From Vulcanimicrobiota bacterium (GTDB lineage Bacteria > Vulcanimicrobiota > CADAWZ01 > Ess09-12): DNA of 64,000 nt. The notes below the pieces were generated by a model. That model saw only the letters and a list, made by a program, of their open reading frames with translations. It did no database searches and was not told where the DNA came from. The stretch lies in contig JAVHLM010000007.1 in the NCBI GenBank assembly GCA_031082125.1, positions 102,669-166,668 on the forward strand. Direction: 5' to 3'. Positions 10,367 through 19,548 of this stretch are shown here, piece by piece; positions within the stretch are counted from its first letter, which is position 1, and each line of letters begins with the position of its first letter. Both the position numbers and the translations under genes were made by a program.

Positions 10367-11005
10367 ATGAAATGTCCTGAATGCGGTGCTGAAAATCTTG
10401 AAGGTGCGGCCTATTGCGAAGACTGCGGATCGAAACTCCCTGTGGGCTCCGCGGCGCCTCCTCCCGCTGCCGGTATTCCCCCTGTGCAGCCTCCTGTCGT
10501 CGAGCAGGCTCCGCCTGTCGTCACTGCAGGCGGTATGATGAAGTGCGGTTCCTGCGGGGCAGAGAACCCTGCAGGTGAAGCCTATTGCGAGGACTGCGGC
10601 GCAGGATTGGGTGCGCCGGCAGCAGTGCCGGCAGGCGGGGACGCGCCTCAGCAGGTGATATCAGCGCCTCCTCCCGTTGCGACCGCGAAGGCGAAGATCA
10701 CAGTCCTGGCAAACAGCAAAGAGTTTCTTCTGAACAAGGATGTCATCACTATCGGACGGAGGAGCCCCGCTGACGGGATCTATCCCGACGTGGACCTTAC
10801 CGATGATGACCCTGAATCCTACATATCCCGGAGGCATGCCCAGATAATAAAGCAGAATGACCAGTTTATCTTTGAGGACGTGGGAAGCGCCAACGGGAGC
10901 TTTGTGAATGGCAACAAGGCTGTCAAGGGCGCCCAGGAGATCCTCAAGAACGATGACAAGCTGAGGCTGGGAAAGACAGAGGCCGTGTTCACCATAATGT
11001 CATAG
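10367..11005 (+). CDS. Double zinc-ribbon + FHA domain protein
   Basis: Two CxxCG...YCEDCG ribbons, Pro/Ala linkers, FHA motifs IGRR, ISRRHA, GSANG. Confidence 0.9.
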   Translation: MKCPECGAENLEGAAYCEDCGSKLPVGSAAPPPAAGIPPVQPPVVEQAPPVVTAGGMMKCGSCGAENPAGEAYCEDCGAGLGAPAAVPAGGDAPQQVISAPPPVATAKAKITVLANSKEFLLNKDVITIGRRSPADGIYPDVDLTDDDPESYISRRHAQIIKQNDQFIFEDVGSANGSFVNGNKAVKGAQEILKNDDKLRLGKTEAVFTIMS

Positions 11006-11031
11006 CCGCTGGAAGGGGAGGGCGGAGGCTG

Positions 11032-11406
11032 TCATGCCCCCGAGAGCATGGATTGTATCGCCAGCACAAAGGCGTCCTGGACCTCGGGCCTGGAGCCCAG
11101 GATATCGGTGAAGACAAGAGAAAGAGAGGGAAAAGCCTCAATGGCTTTTCTCTTTATTTCGGGGAGATCGTGCCTCATGTGCCCCCCTGCCGACAGGAAA
11201 AGGGGGATGACGAGGACCTCCCCGGCGCCCCGGCTCTTCAGGGCGGAAAGGGCATCAGCAAGGGCTGGCGGGGAAAATTGCATGTAGGCGAGCATCACGG
11301 GGATGCCGGCGTTGTTTTCCTGGACCCTCTCCCTCAGGCGCTCAAAGGGCTCTCTCCAGAGGGGATCCATGCTCCCGTGTGCGAACAGAATGACGGCCTT
11401 TTTCAC
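11032..11406 (-). CDS. cbiX: Short CbiX/SirB-type sirohydrochlorin chelatase
   Basis: LFAHGS, PLFLSAGGHMRHDLP motifs; 124-aa single domain. Confidence 0.85.
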   Translation of the reverse strand: MKKAVILFAHGSMDPLWREPFERLRERVQENNAGIPVMLAYMQFSPPALADALSALKSRGAGEVLVIPLFLSAGGHMRHDLPEIKRKAIEAFPSLSLVFTDILGSRPEVQDAFVLAIQSMLSGA

Positions 11407-11409
11407 CAG

Positions 11410-13218
11410 CTATTCCCTTCTTTTCATGATTATCATCCCCATGGGGGGGACCTGTGCATCGACGCACTTGTATTTGCCTTCCGAGAGCACCTCCGAGAAG
11501 GCGTGATCGATGGGACCATTGCTGGAGAAGAGATACTCCATCCTTGTGTGTGCCTCATGGAGCTCGCTCTCGACAAGTATGCGGGCATGGCGGGGCTCAT
11601 GGGCGTTTGTGTTTATAGCAACGAGGATCTCCTCGCCAGCAAGAATTCTTGACCAGGCTATGATCTCCTTCGGTTCCGGCCATCTGAATGCCTCGCCGCC
11701 CCTGGAAATCTGCCTGAAATACTGCCTCCCGTAACGGAGCGTGGGCTCACATGCCCTGATGGCGCAGATCTTTGAGATTTTCCTGTAGAGGGGGCTGGCA
11801 TCGTTGAAAAAATGCACTCCCCTCGTTCTCTTGGCGCCGAATTCCCCTCCGAACATACTCTCCCTCACCCACCGGTCCGCGTAGGGCACTCCCCCCTTGC
11901 CGTCGAAGCCCTGCTCATTGCCATAGTATATTGACGGGATCCCCAGGCTTGTGAGCTGGAAGCCCGTTGCGGGGACAATCTGCTCCGGGAAAGGGTTGTC
12001 GGCCAGGAAGCGGGCCTTGCCCTCCTCCGGGTAACGCCAGACCTGGTCGTGGTCGTCCAGGATGCTCACGTGGAACTTGCCCATCTCCCTGTGGCTTGCC
12101 AGCGGAAGGTTTGATTTCTTGGTATAGTATTGGAATAGCTCCATGGGAGTGAGAAAGCCCTTGATCACCTTTTCCATGGCCCGGGGAGGCCCGTTGATGT
12201 CCAGCACGGAATTCAGGCCTGACTGCGTGGTATCAGCAAGGTATTCCAGGGCAATATGCTCGCTTCCTGCCACTTCTCCCATCAGCATGAAATTGTGCTT
12301 TCCTATCAGCTCGGCATATTCCCTGATCGCATTGCAGAATTTTCTCGAGGTATCGAGGCCCACATGCTTCACCGCGTCGATCCTGAAGCCGTCGCAGTCA
12401 GTGTAATATATCCAGAACCGGTATATCTTGATAAGGGCGTCAAGGACCTCCCTGTTCTCATGATCCAGGTCTTTGAGCTCGTAGAAATCGCCTTCCCGGT
12501 ATTCAGGCTCGGTGTCCCAGTTCACGATGGCGCCTTTCCTGCTGTACCAGCGGGGGTTCTGAAACTCCACGGGCCACACGGCGTCATCGGCCTCTTCGAT
12601 GGCCCCGTCAAATCCTCCGCCTTTTCTCGTTCTCCAGCCGCCGAAAGGATAAGGCTCCCCGCGGTAAGAGGGGAAGTTCCTCAGGTTCTCCACCCCTTCG
12701 AATCCCTGGTAGTACCAGTTGTTACCCGTATGGTTGTGGATTATGTCCAGGATGACATACATGCCCCTCTGGTGGGCCTGGGCCACGAGGTCCTTCAGAT
12801 CCTCCCTGGTGCCGAAGTGGGGATCGACATCAAGAAAGTTCTGGATGCCGTAGCCATGATAGGTGACAAATGAATATTCCCTGGCGATGTCCCTCCAGTC
12901 GGCCCTCTGCCTGAAAACCGGCGAGAGCCAGAGCGTCGTGATGCCGAGCCCCTGGAGATAGTCAAGCTTTGAGATGATGCCTTTCAGAGTGCCGCCTTCC
13001 CAGGTGATCCCCGCGTTCCGCCATCGCGCCCCTCCGTCCCCATCGAGGGCATTACCGTCATATGAGGGATCGTAGAGGGGGCGGAGCTGCTCTTTTCCAT
13101 CAGAGAAGCGGTCCACAATGATAAGGTAGAGCACCTGGTCCCTCCAGTCCGCCGGTGAAGGGAAGGCGTCCTTTGGTATATGGAGCGTGAGTTCTTTGAG
13201 GCTGCGTTCGGTGCGCAT
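11410..13218 (-). CDS. GH13 alpha-amylase family glycosyl hydrolase
   Basis: GGTLKGI, YHGYGIQNF, DIIHNH, GFRIDAVKH, GEV, DDHD catalytic regions. Start at ATG 13218; the ORF track start is 13263. Confidence 0.9.
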   Translation of the reverse strand: MRTERSLKELTLHIPKDAFPSPADWRDQVLYLIIVDRFSDGKEQLRPLYDPSYDGNALDGDGGARWRNAGITWEGGTLKGIISKLDYLQGLGITTLWLSPVFRQRADWRDIAREYSFVTYHGYGIQNFLDVDPHFGTREDLKDLVAQAHQRGMYVILDIIHNHTGNNWYYQGFEGVENLRNFPSYRGEPYPFGGWRTRKGGGFDGAIEEADDAVWPVEFQNPRWYSRKGAIVNWDTEPEYREGDFYELKDLDHENREVLDALIKIYRFWIYYTDCDGFRIDAVKHVGLDTSRKFCNAIREYAELIGKHNFMLMGEVAGSEHIALEYLADTTQSGLNSVLDINGPPRAMEKVIKGFLTPMELFQYYTKKSNLPLASHREMGKFHVSILDDHDQVWRYPEEGKARFLADNPFPEQIVPATGFQLTSLGIPSIYYGNEQGFDGKGGVPYADRWVRESMFGGEFGAKRTRGVHFFNDASPLYRKISKICAIRACEPTLRYGRQYFRQISRGGEAFRWPEPKEIIAWSRILAGEEILVAINTNAHEPRHARILVESELHEAHTRMEYLFSSNGPIDHAFSEVLSEGKYKCVDAQVPPMGMIIMKRRE

Positions 13219-13420
13219 AGGTTCCGCCTTTCTGCATGATAATCGAGGGTAATTCAATGCCACGGCGAAAAATCCTGTTCCCCGGGCTCTTGCGATTGGG
13301 AAGAAGCGCCGCCATGTCCGTACGTTAACATTTTGTTAACAAAAAACAGCTGATTTTTCAACGTTTTCTATAGTATAATAAGGGCGGATGGATCTGACGC
13401 AGAAACTGGAGGGGAACTAT

Positions 13421-13948
13421 ATGAGCGACATGATAAGCTTCAACCCGAACATGAATGTATCGCCTTTGACTCCGAGGCAGATGCCTTTGCAGCAGAAGTC
13501 TTCAGAGAATTTTGTCACCGAGTGGCAGCAGCCTCTGGGAGACCAGCTGGAAGTCAACTTCAAGACCCCCCCTGAAATAAAGCTCCCTTCAAAGCCTGCC
13601 GAGAAAAAGGCGGAGCCGGAGAAGCCCTCGGAGCAGTTCGTCACCGACTGGCAGATGCCCGCGGCAAAGAAGGGTCCCGACATGGTGAGCGCCGACACCC
13701 TCACGGGCATCGGACAGGCAGGGAAAGAGCAGAACGGGAACACTACGGGGAGAATCTTCATTGATGACACGCCTCCTCTTCAGGGCCTCGATCTCCCCTG
13801 GGAATTTCCTGCTCCCGCTCCGCTCAAGGATATCGGCCAGATAACGCTCACGGCCGGCCCGGGGACAGCCTTCTTCAACACGGGGCTCAACTCAATCTCG
13901 TCGTCGCTCAAGGATGGCATCTACTTCCTGGACGGAGAAAAGTTCTAG
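13421..13948 (+). CDS. Hypothetical Pro-rich protein
   Basis: RBS GGAGGGG before ATG 13421 (alternative ATG 13388); TATAAT at 13374-13379; followed by a strong terminator. Confidence 0.65.
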   Translation: MSDMISFNPNMNVSPLTPRQMPLQQKSSENFVTEWQQPLGDQLEVNFKTPPEIKLPSKPAEKKAEPEKPSEQFVTDWQMPAAKKGPDMVSADTLTGIGQAGKEQNGNTTGRIFIDDTPPLQGLDLPWEFPAPAPLKDIGQITLTAGPGTAFFNTGLNSISSSLKDGIYFLDGEKF

Positions 13949-13976
13949 GAGTATCACGAACAAAACGAAGCTTTCA

Positions 13977-14010
13977 GGGACGGACCTTCAGGTCCGTCTC
14001 TTATTTTTTT
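13977..14010 (+). terminator. Intrinsic terminator
   Basis: GACGGACC-TTCA-GGTCCGTC perfect stem (13979-13998) followed by TCTTATTTTTTT. Confidence 0.85.
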
Positions 14011-14141
14011 CGCGCGGGACCGCCTGGAGCACCTCTCTCGATGAGAATCTTTACCAATTCGAGATTTCCTTCTATGCTGATAATACTGCTGATACTGGCT
14101 TTTTCGATTGAGTCCCGCGCCCAGGATATTATGGGTCAATT

Positions 14142-15083
14142 TCAGAGGATCTTGAGCTGCTGAAGCCAGGCAATAACGTCCTCAGTCCATCGGTCGGAGT
14201 CCTTGTCCTGCTTTCTCACCCCGAAGGCGTGGCCGCCGCTCTTATAGAGCTTGAGAGTTACGCTGACCCCGACTTTCCTGAGCGCCGCGGCGTAGACCTC
14301 GGAATAATGGACAGGATCGACCGGATCGTCCTTGGCGTGGATCAACAGCGTCGGTGGAATTCCCCTGGAAATCACAATGTCGCTGTTCAGCGCTCGAGAA
14401 TCCACATTCTTGTGGCTCATCGTCATATGTCCTGGATACACGGGGACGGCGAAATCTGGACGACAGCTGACCTGATCGATGGAGTCGAGCGGCTTGTAGG
14501 AACGGTTCTGGAAACGTGTGCTGGCCAACACGACCACATTTCCTCCCGCCGAAAACCCCATCACCCCGATTTTGTCCGGATTGATGTGATACTCCTGAGC
14601 ACGCGCCCGCAGGATCGAAATCGCCCTCTGAGCATCCTGCAAGGCCATGGGGACCTTGGGTGTCACGTGCCTGTGCAGTTTACTGTCCCAATAGCAGCCG
14701 GAATAGGGAACGCGATACTTGACCAGAACGCAGGTGATGCCGGATCGGGTGAGCCAATCGGCAATCTCTGTGCCCTCCAAACCCATCGCCAGCGACAGAT
14801 GTCCTCCCCCGGGGAAAATGACAATGCACGTGCCCGACGGATTCTCCCTGGGGTAATAGACCGTGTAGGTCGGATTGGAGACGTTTGTAACCGGCTTCTC
14901 GGCCAGAATCTGCGGATCTTCCAATGTGCGGATTCCACCCGCCAGCACCGGCGAATGGGCGGACCAGAGGGGTACCTGTTGGGCGCCCCCCCTGGGCGTC
15001 CACGAATCCGCGCTCGACACCCCTGTTAAAACGGGTACGCTGAGGAGCAGCACCATAACGACAAAAATTACAATATTTCTCAT
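14142..15083 (-). CDS. Secreted alpha/beta hydrolase (esterase, BD-FAE-like)
   Basis: Signal peptide, PGGG oxyanion motif, GFSAGG nucleophile elbow, DDPV and GGHAFG. Confidence 0.9.
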   Translation of the reverse strand: MRNIVIFVVMVLLLSVPVLTGVSSADSWTPRGGAQQVPLWSAHSPVLAGGIRTLEDPQILAEKPVTNVSNPTYTVYYPRENPSGTCIVIFPGGGHLSLAMGLEGTEIADWLTRSGITCVLVKYRVPYSGCYWDSKLHRHVTPKVPMALQDAQRAISILRARAQEYHINPDKIGVMGFSAGGNVVVLASTRFQNRSYKPLDSIDQVSCRPDFAVPVYPGHMTMSHKNVDSRALNSDIVISRGIPPTLLIHAKDDPVDPVHYSEVYAAALRKVGVSVTLKLYKSGGHAFGVRKQDKDSDRWTEDVIAWLQQLKIL

Positions 15084-15150
15084 CTCCTCATCTCCTTCCC
15101 ATGATAAGCACTCAGATTCCTGGGGCCAAAAAATTATATCAATAATTTCC

Positions 15151-15486
15151 CTAAAGGTCTGTCCCTGGCGGGAATCTCTTCTCGTTTTTGCTGAGCTTTG
15201 CGAGGACCGCTTCGCTCAGGTCTATTTTGAGGGCCCTCGAGAGGCTCAGCAGGTAAATCATTATATCAGCCATCTCGTCAGCAGCTTTTTCAATGACCGT
15301 GCCTTGAAGGGAGATCCGTCGGGATTCTTCGCTTGTGGCCCACTGGAAGAGCTCCATGAGCTCCGCCGCCTCTATTGCAATAGACATGCTCAGGTTCTTG
15401 GCGTCATGGTAGGGTCTCCACTCCCGCTCGTCGATAAAGGCTCCCACTTTTTCTTTGAGGAAGCCGAGAGTCGTGCTTTTGTCCAT
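15151..15486 (-). CDS. MazG-like nucleotide pyrophosphohydrolase (dCTPase-like)
   Basis: EREWRPYHDAKNL, IEAAELMELFQW, DEMADI motifs. Confidence 0.9.
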   Translation of the reverse strand: MDKSTTLGFLKEKVGAFIDEREWRPYHDAKNLSMSIAIEAAELMELFQWATSEESRRISLQGTVIEKAADEMADIMIYLLSLSRALKIDLSEAVLAKLSKNEKRFPPGTDL

Positions 15487-15501
15487 AAGGCCTCCGTTTC
15501 G

Positions 15502-17448
15502 CTATTTATCGGGCACGTCCCCTGGTGCTCTGTCCAGCGTTGCTTCCGGGTAAGGCAGCGATATGGTGAATTTTGCGCCTTTCCCGGGCTCCGAATCCAC
15601 TGAGATGGCGCCTCCCATCCTCTTCACTATCTCGAGGCTCACCGAGAGCCCGAGCCCCGTGCCCTGGCCTATATCCTTGGTGGAGAAAAAGGGCTCGAAA
15701 ATTCTTTCTTTTACCTCTTCCCTGATGCCGGTGCCATTGTCTTCCACCGAGATATGAAGTGCCTTGCCGGCTTCGAAGGCTGTTATGATAATCTTCCTGT
15801 CAGTGCCTCGCGCCGTTATAAGAGCGTCCTTGCTGTTAAGGATGAGGTTGGTGATCACCTGTGAGAGATGATCGGCCCTGCCCCTGATGGGGCGCACCTC
15901 TGTTTTCCTGAACTCCACGGCGATATTGTCCTTTTCCAGGAGCTTGACGAGGAGCTCCAGAGTGTCCTCCAGAAAGGGCCATATATGTATCTCCTCGTCG
16001 TTGCTCTCTTTGCTCTGCGTGTAGTGGGAAAGCTGCTCATGGATATCAATGCACCGTATGATGGCCCTCTGGGAGATGGAGAGGCGCCTTTCAAGCTTCT
16101 CGGTCCTTTCGACGCCTGAAGAGACTTTGTTGAAGCTTGTGAGGATAGTCTTCATGGGCCTGCTGAGCCTGTGGGCCACTCCTGCAGCCAGAGAACCCAC
16201 GGCAGACATCTTGCTTGACTGGACAAGCTGCGCCTGTATCGCCCTGAGCTCCCTGTTGGTCTCCAGGGCTTGGAGATAGAGGCGGGCATTCGATATGGCA
16301 AGGGCCGCCTGGGTGACAAGGATGGTAAGGAAGCTGCGGTGATCCCTTTCAAACTGATTCTTCACAAGCATCAGAAATCCCAGGAGCTTCCCCTTCTCCC
16401 TGAAGAGCGCAAGGGAGATCTCCCCTTTCTGATGGGGGAAGAAAGTCTCCCTGATATGGGCCCCTTCCTTGAATGATGAGACGGGGTTCTGAATATTTCC
16501 AAGCGACGAGAGAAGGGCGCCCTTGTCGTGCACTTCCCGGCCCCGGGGCAGTGATTGAAGCGTTCCTCCCGCAATGAGAAGAGCCATATCCTCACCGGAC
16601 CCGCCTATGAGAAAGAGGGCCCATCCCTCGGCATTGATGGCCTTCCTTGCCTGTTCCGCGATGTTTTCAAGGGTGGCTTCAAGCTCAAGAGTGCTGTTGA
16701 TACTCCTCGCAAAATCGAAGAGCACGGAGATGTCGTCTTTTTCTGCCGCCGCCTTGATCCCGAAGTTGAGAAGATAGAATCCGCAGAGAGCGGGCACGAT
16801 GAGCAGAAGAAGGGAGAGAGGCCCCATGCTGCTGTAAATGAGAACCGCCACAACGCTGAGAGAGACGAGGGACAGCTCCATGAGCTCGCCAAGGGGATCG
16901 ACATGGCGCTTGAAGGGGGAGAGATTCTCGAAGAGGGCAATCCTCGTGTTGGTAGCAAGAAAGCTGATCAGAAAGCACAGGGAGGCGGAAACAGAGAGAG
17001 CCAGCACGAGTGAGAGATCAAGGCGGGAAAATGAGGGAGTCCCGCCAATGAGGTAATAGACCATGCCGGGAAGGCACGAGATAAGGCAGCAGTATGAGAG
17101 GTTGTAGAATGTCGAGAGGACATAGTCCTTCAGGTACTCCTTGAAGAGCTTCCATTCACTCCGCACCTGCGTGGCGATGTACAGCAATATGGCTGCCATG
17201 AGGCTTGTCCCTATCCAGGGCCCCCAGATCCACAGCCCGAAGAACGTGACGGGCCAGGTGATTGAGAGCTCTATGGCGACACGGGGGATCTTGATTTTAA
17301 AAGTGCTCAGTCCATAGAGCACCATGGTGAACAGGAAAAGCACAAAGGGCGGCGGGGCAGGGAAGCAGAGCCCCATGATGGTGAGCACCGCCAGGGAGCA
17401 GACCGAGAGGAGAATGACAAACAGGGAAAGATAGCGGCTGTAATTCAT
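15502..17448 (-). CDS. Membrane sensor histidine kinase with GAF domain
   Basis: About 8 TM N-terminus, GAF (QAALAISNARL), QLVQSSKM, H-box AH, N-box QVITNLILN, DNGTG, FEPFFSTK, GTGLGL. Confidence 0.9.
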   Translation of the reverse strand: MNYSRYLSLFVILLSVCSLAVLTIMGLCFPAPPPFVLFLFTMVLYGLSTFKIKIPRVAIELSITWPVTFFGLWIWGPWIGTSLMAAILLYIATQVRSEWKLFKEYLKDYVLSTFYNLSYCCLISCLPGMVYYLIGGTPSFSRLDLSLVLALSVSASLCFLISFLATNTRIALFENLSPFKRHVDPLGELMELSLVSLSVVAVLIYSSMGPLSLLLLIVPALCGFYLLNFGIKAAAEKDDISVLFDFARSINSTLELEATLENIAEQARKAINAEGWALFLIGGSGEDMALLIAGGTLQSLPRGREVHDKGALLSSLGNIQNPVSSFKEGAHIRETFFPHQKGEISLALFREKGKLLGFLMLVKNQFERDHRSFLTILVTQAALAISNARLYLQALETNRELRAIQAQLVQSSKMSAVGSLAAGVAHRLSRPMKTILTSFNKVSSGVERTEKLERRLSISQRAIIRCIDIHEQLSHYTQSKESNDEEIHIWPFLEDTLELLVKLLEKDNIAVEFRKTEVRPIRGRADHLSQVITNLILNSKDALITARGTDRKIIITAFEAGKALHISVEDNGTGIREEVKERIFEPFFSTKDIGQGTGLGLSVSLEIVKRMGGAISVDSEPGKGAKFTISLPYPEATLDRAPGDVPDK

Positions 17449-17513
17449 GGCTTTAAACGGAACTTCTCATCATTTGCTGCGGGGAGGGAATGTTCCTCTT
17501 TTGAGGGGAAATC

Positions 17514-17537
17514 AAAAGACCCGGCGCCGCCGGGCCT
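17514..17537 (-). terminator. Intrinsic terminator after the 17561-17929 gene
   Basis: CCCGGC-GCC-GCCGGG stem (17520-17534), followed on the minus strand by TCTTTT. Confidence 0.55.
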
Positions 17538-17560
17538 GTGGAGTGCCTTTTCGCGGGGGA

Positions 17561-17929
17561 CTAGGTCCTTCTGGGAGGCCAGATTGAAGTAGGCTTCTTG
17601 CCCTCGTTTTCCATCTCGTCCATAAGCTCGTCGCTGAAGGTGAGGAGGTCAACGGGATTCTCCATCCTGTCGTCGATCTTTTCCTTCTGGTCCTTCTCGT
17701 TGTTCTGCTCATCGGGCTGGTTTACCTGGTCGGTGGGATTGTTCCACATATCGGCGTAGTTATGGAAGTTCGATGAGCCGTTTGCGAGGGCATAAAGGCT
17801 TGAGAGAACGCCAGAAAGGCCGCTGCCGCCACCGGAAGCGCCACCGTCACCGGCTGAACCGGCTGCCGCCGCGCCGCCGAAGCCGCCGAACCCTCCTGCT
17901 GCTGAGCCTCCCGCCATTCCTACTGACAT
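17561..17929 (-). CDS. Small hypothetical protein, Gly/Ala/Ser-rich N-terminus and acidic C-terminus
   Basis: ATG after GGGGAG, AT-rich upstream region, downstream hairpin. Confidence 0.6.
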   Translation of the reverse strand: MSVGMAGGSAAGGFGGFGGAAAAGSAGDGGASGGGSGLSGVLSSLYALANGSSNFHNYADMWNNPTDQVNQPDEQNNEKDQKEKIDDRMENPVDLLTFSDELMDEMENEGKKPTSIWPPRRT

Positions 17930-18091
17930 TGTCTTGTTCTCCCCGCACTTTTTATCTTCTCTACCTCAACTATACCATGAGGGGGAGAACTCATGTAAGA
18001 ATCAAATATGTTAACTTGTGAAAAATATGTAACAATTATATGAACAAATTGTAAATCTTTTCCAGGTGGCATATCTCTTTTAAAGCCTGCC

Positions 18092-19354
18092 TCAGGGGGA
18101 ACTGAGACGGAATTTCCTGGAATATTCCTTCCCTTTCGAGATTATTTCATCCTCGCCAGGTACAATCCCATCTCTCATGAGGATCTTTCCATCGCATACC
18201 ACGGTGTCAACGGCAGCGCTCGAGGCTGAATAGGCGATATCGGAGAATATGTTGTGCCCCGGCGTCATATCGGCCCTGTGGTCATCGAGAAGGATAAGAT
18301 CGCCGAGAGAGCCCTCATCAAGCACGCCGGCTTTAAGGCCGAAGGCTTTTGCGCCCGACTCTGTCGCCATGGTGAAAGCCTCTTTCGCGGGGAGGATGCA
18401 GCAGTCACTGGAATGGAATTTCTGGAGAAGGCAGGCAAACTTCATGCTCTCCATCATATCGAGGTTATTATTGGAGGAACAGCCGTCAGTTCCAAGCGAC
18501 ACCGTCACCCCTGCCTTTTTCAGCTTCCCGTAGGGCATTGCGCTCCCCACGGCAAGCTTCATGTTCGAGACCGGGTTGTGGGCAACTTTCACGCCATGCT
18601 CGCTCATGAGGCTGATCTCGTAATCATTGACCCAGACGGCATGGGCTATTATGGTGCGCGGCGTGAGAAGCCCCAGGGAGTGGAGGTATTCAACAGGGCG
18701 CTTCCCATGGGCGTTGAGGCAGTCAATCACCTCTTTTTCCGTCTCGGAGAGATGGATGTGGACCATGAGGCTGTTTTTTTCTGAGAAGTCGGCGCACCAG
18801 CGGAGGCTCTCCTCTGAAACAGTGTAGATTGCATGGGGGCCGAGAACGCAGAGTATCTTCGGGTCAAGCGTCGTGCTCATGGCAAGGAATTCCTCATTCA
18901 GACGGAACTGCTCACGGGCTTTCAATGTGTCGCCCATGTCAATCATCACTATCGAGAGAGCTGCCCGGAGGCCCATTTCCGTCACCGCCCTGGCAGTGCC
19001 CTGCCAGAACCAGTACATGTCATTGAAAAAAGTGGTGCCGCTCTTTATCATCTCAAGGCATGCGAGCCTGGCGCCCCAGTAAACGTCTTCTTCAGAGAGA
19101 CGGGCCTCGGCGGGCCAGATCTTTTTTTCCAGCCATTCCTGGAGGAACATATCATCGGCGTAGCCTCTTAAAAGGGTCATTGCCGCGTGGGTATGGGTGT
19201 TGAAGAATGAAGGGAGGGCAATCTTGCCCTGCGCATCAAGCACTTCATCTGCATCAAAGCTCTGCAGGGTCCCGATCTTTGAAATCAGCCCCTCTTTGAG
19301 GTAAATATCCTGCGTGGTGCCGTTAACGGCGGCATTCCTTATCAGAAGGCTCAC
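18092..19354 (-). CDS. mtaD: Metal-dependent amidohydrolase, MtaD/SAH-deaminase-like
   Basis: NTHTH, MIKSGTT, PHAIY, HIHLSET, AHAVW, LGTDG, SNNNLDM; RBS AAGGAG. Confidence 0.75.
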   Translation of the reverse strand: MSLLIRNAAVNGTTQDIYLKEGLISKIGTLQSFDADEVLDAQGKIALPSFFNTHTHAAMTLLRGYADDMFLQEWLEKKIWPAEARLSEEDVYWGARLACLEMIKSGTTFFNDMYWFWQGTARAVTEMGLRAALSIVMIDMGDTLKAREQFRLNEEFLAMSTTLDPKILCVLGPHAIYTVSEESLRWCADFSEKNSLMVHIHLSETEKEVIDCLNAHGKRPVEYLHSLGLLTPRTIIAHAVWVNDYEISLMSEHGVKVAHNPVSNMKLAVGSAMPYGKLKKAGVTVSLGTDGCSSNNNLDMMESMKFACLLQKFHSSDCCILPAKEAFTMATESGAKAFGLKAGVLDEGSLGDLILLDDHRADMTPGHNIFSDIAYSASSAAVDTVVCDGKILMRDGIVPGEDEIISKGKEYSRKFRLSSP

Positions 19355-19548
19355 GGTGACAATCTCCTTTTTCTGTTATCATATGGTTCCATCAGGACCG
19401 CAACTTTCCTTCTCCCGGCTCCCCCGGTGACAGGAGGAATGTGGGGCAAAAGGGAGAAGGTACTCATGAACTCCTCGATATATATACCTTTCCAGGGGCT
19501 TCAGAAGGGGTTCACAGTCAGGCAAATCTAATCACAAGGAGGAACAGG

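Noticed and set aside
13219-13330. Cobalamin riboswitch upstream of the amylase-cbiX unit
   Set aside because: No recognisable B12-box or conserved core could be found.
14229-15029. 266-aa plus-strand ORF, and the many similar long antisense or alternative-frame ORFs in the track (e.g. 6230-7042, 25113-25802, 36528-37625)
   Set aside because: They are shadows of motif-bearing genes on the other strand or frame, as expected at this GC content, and carry no motifs of their own.
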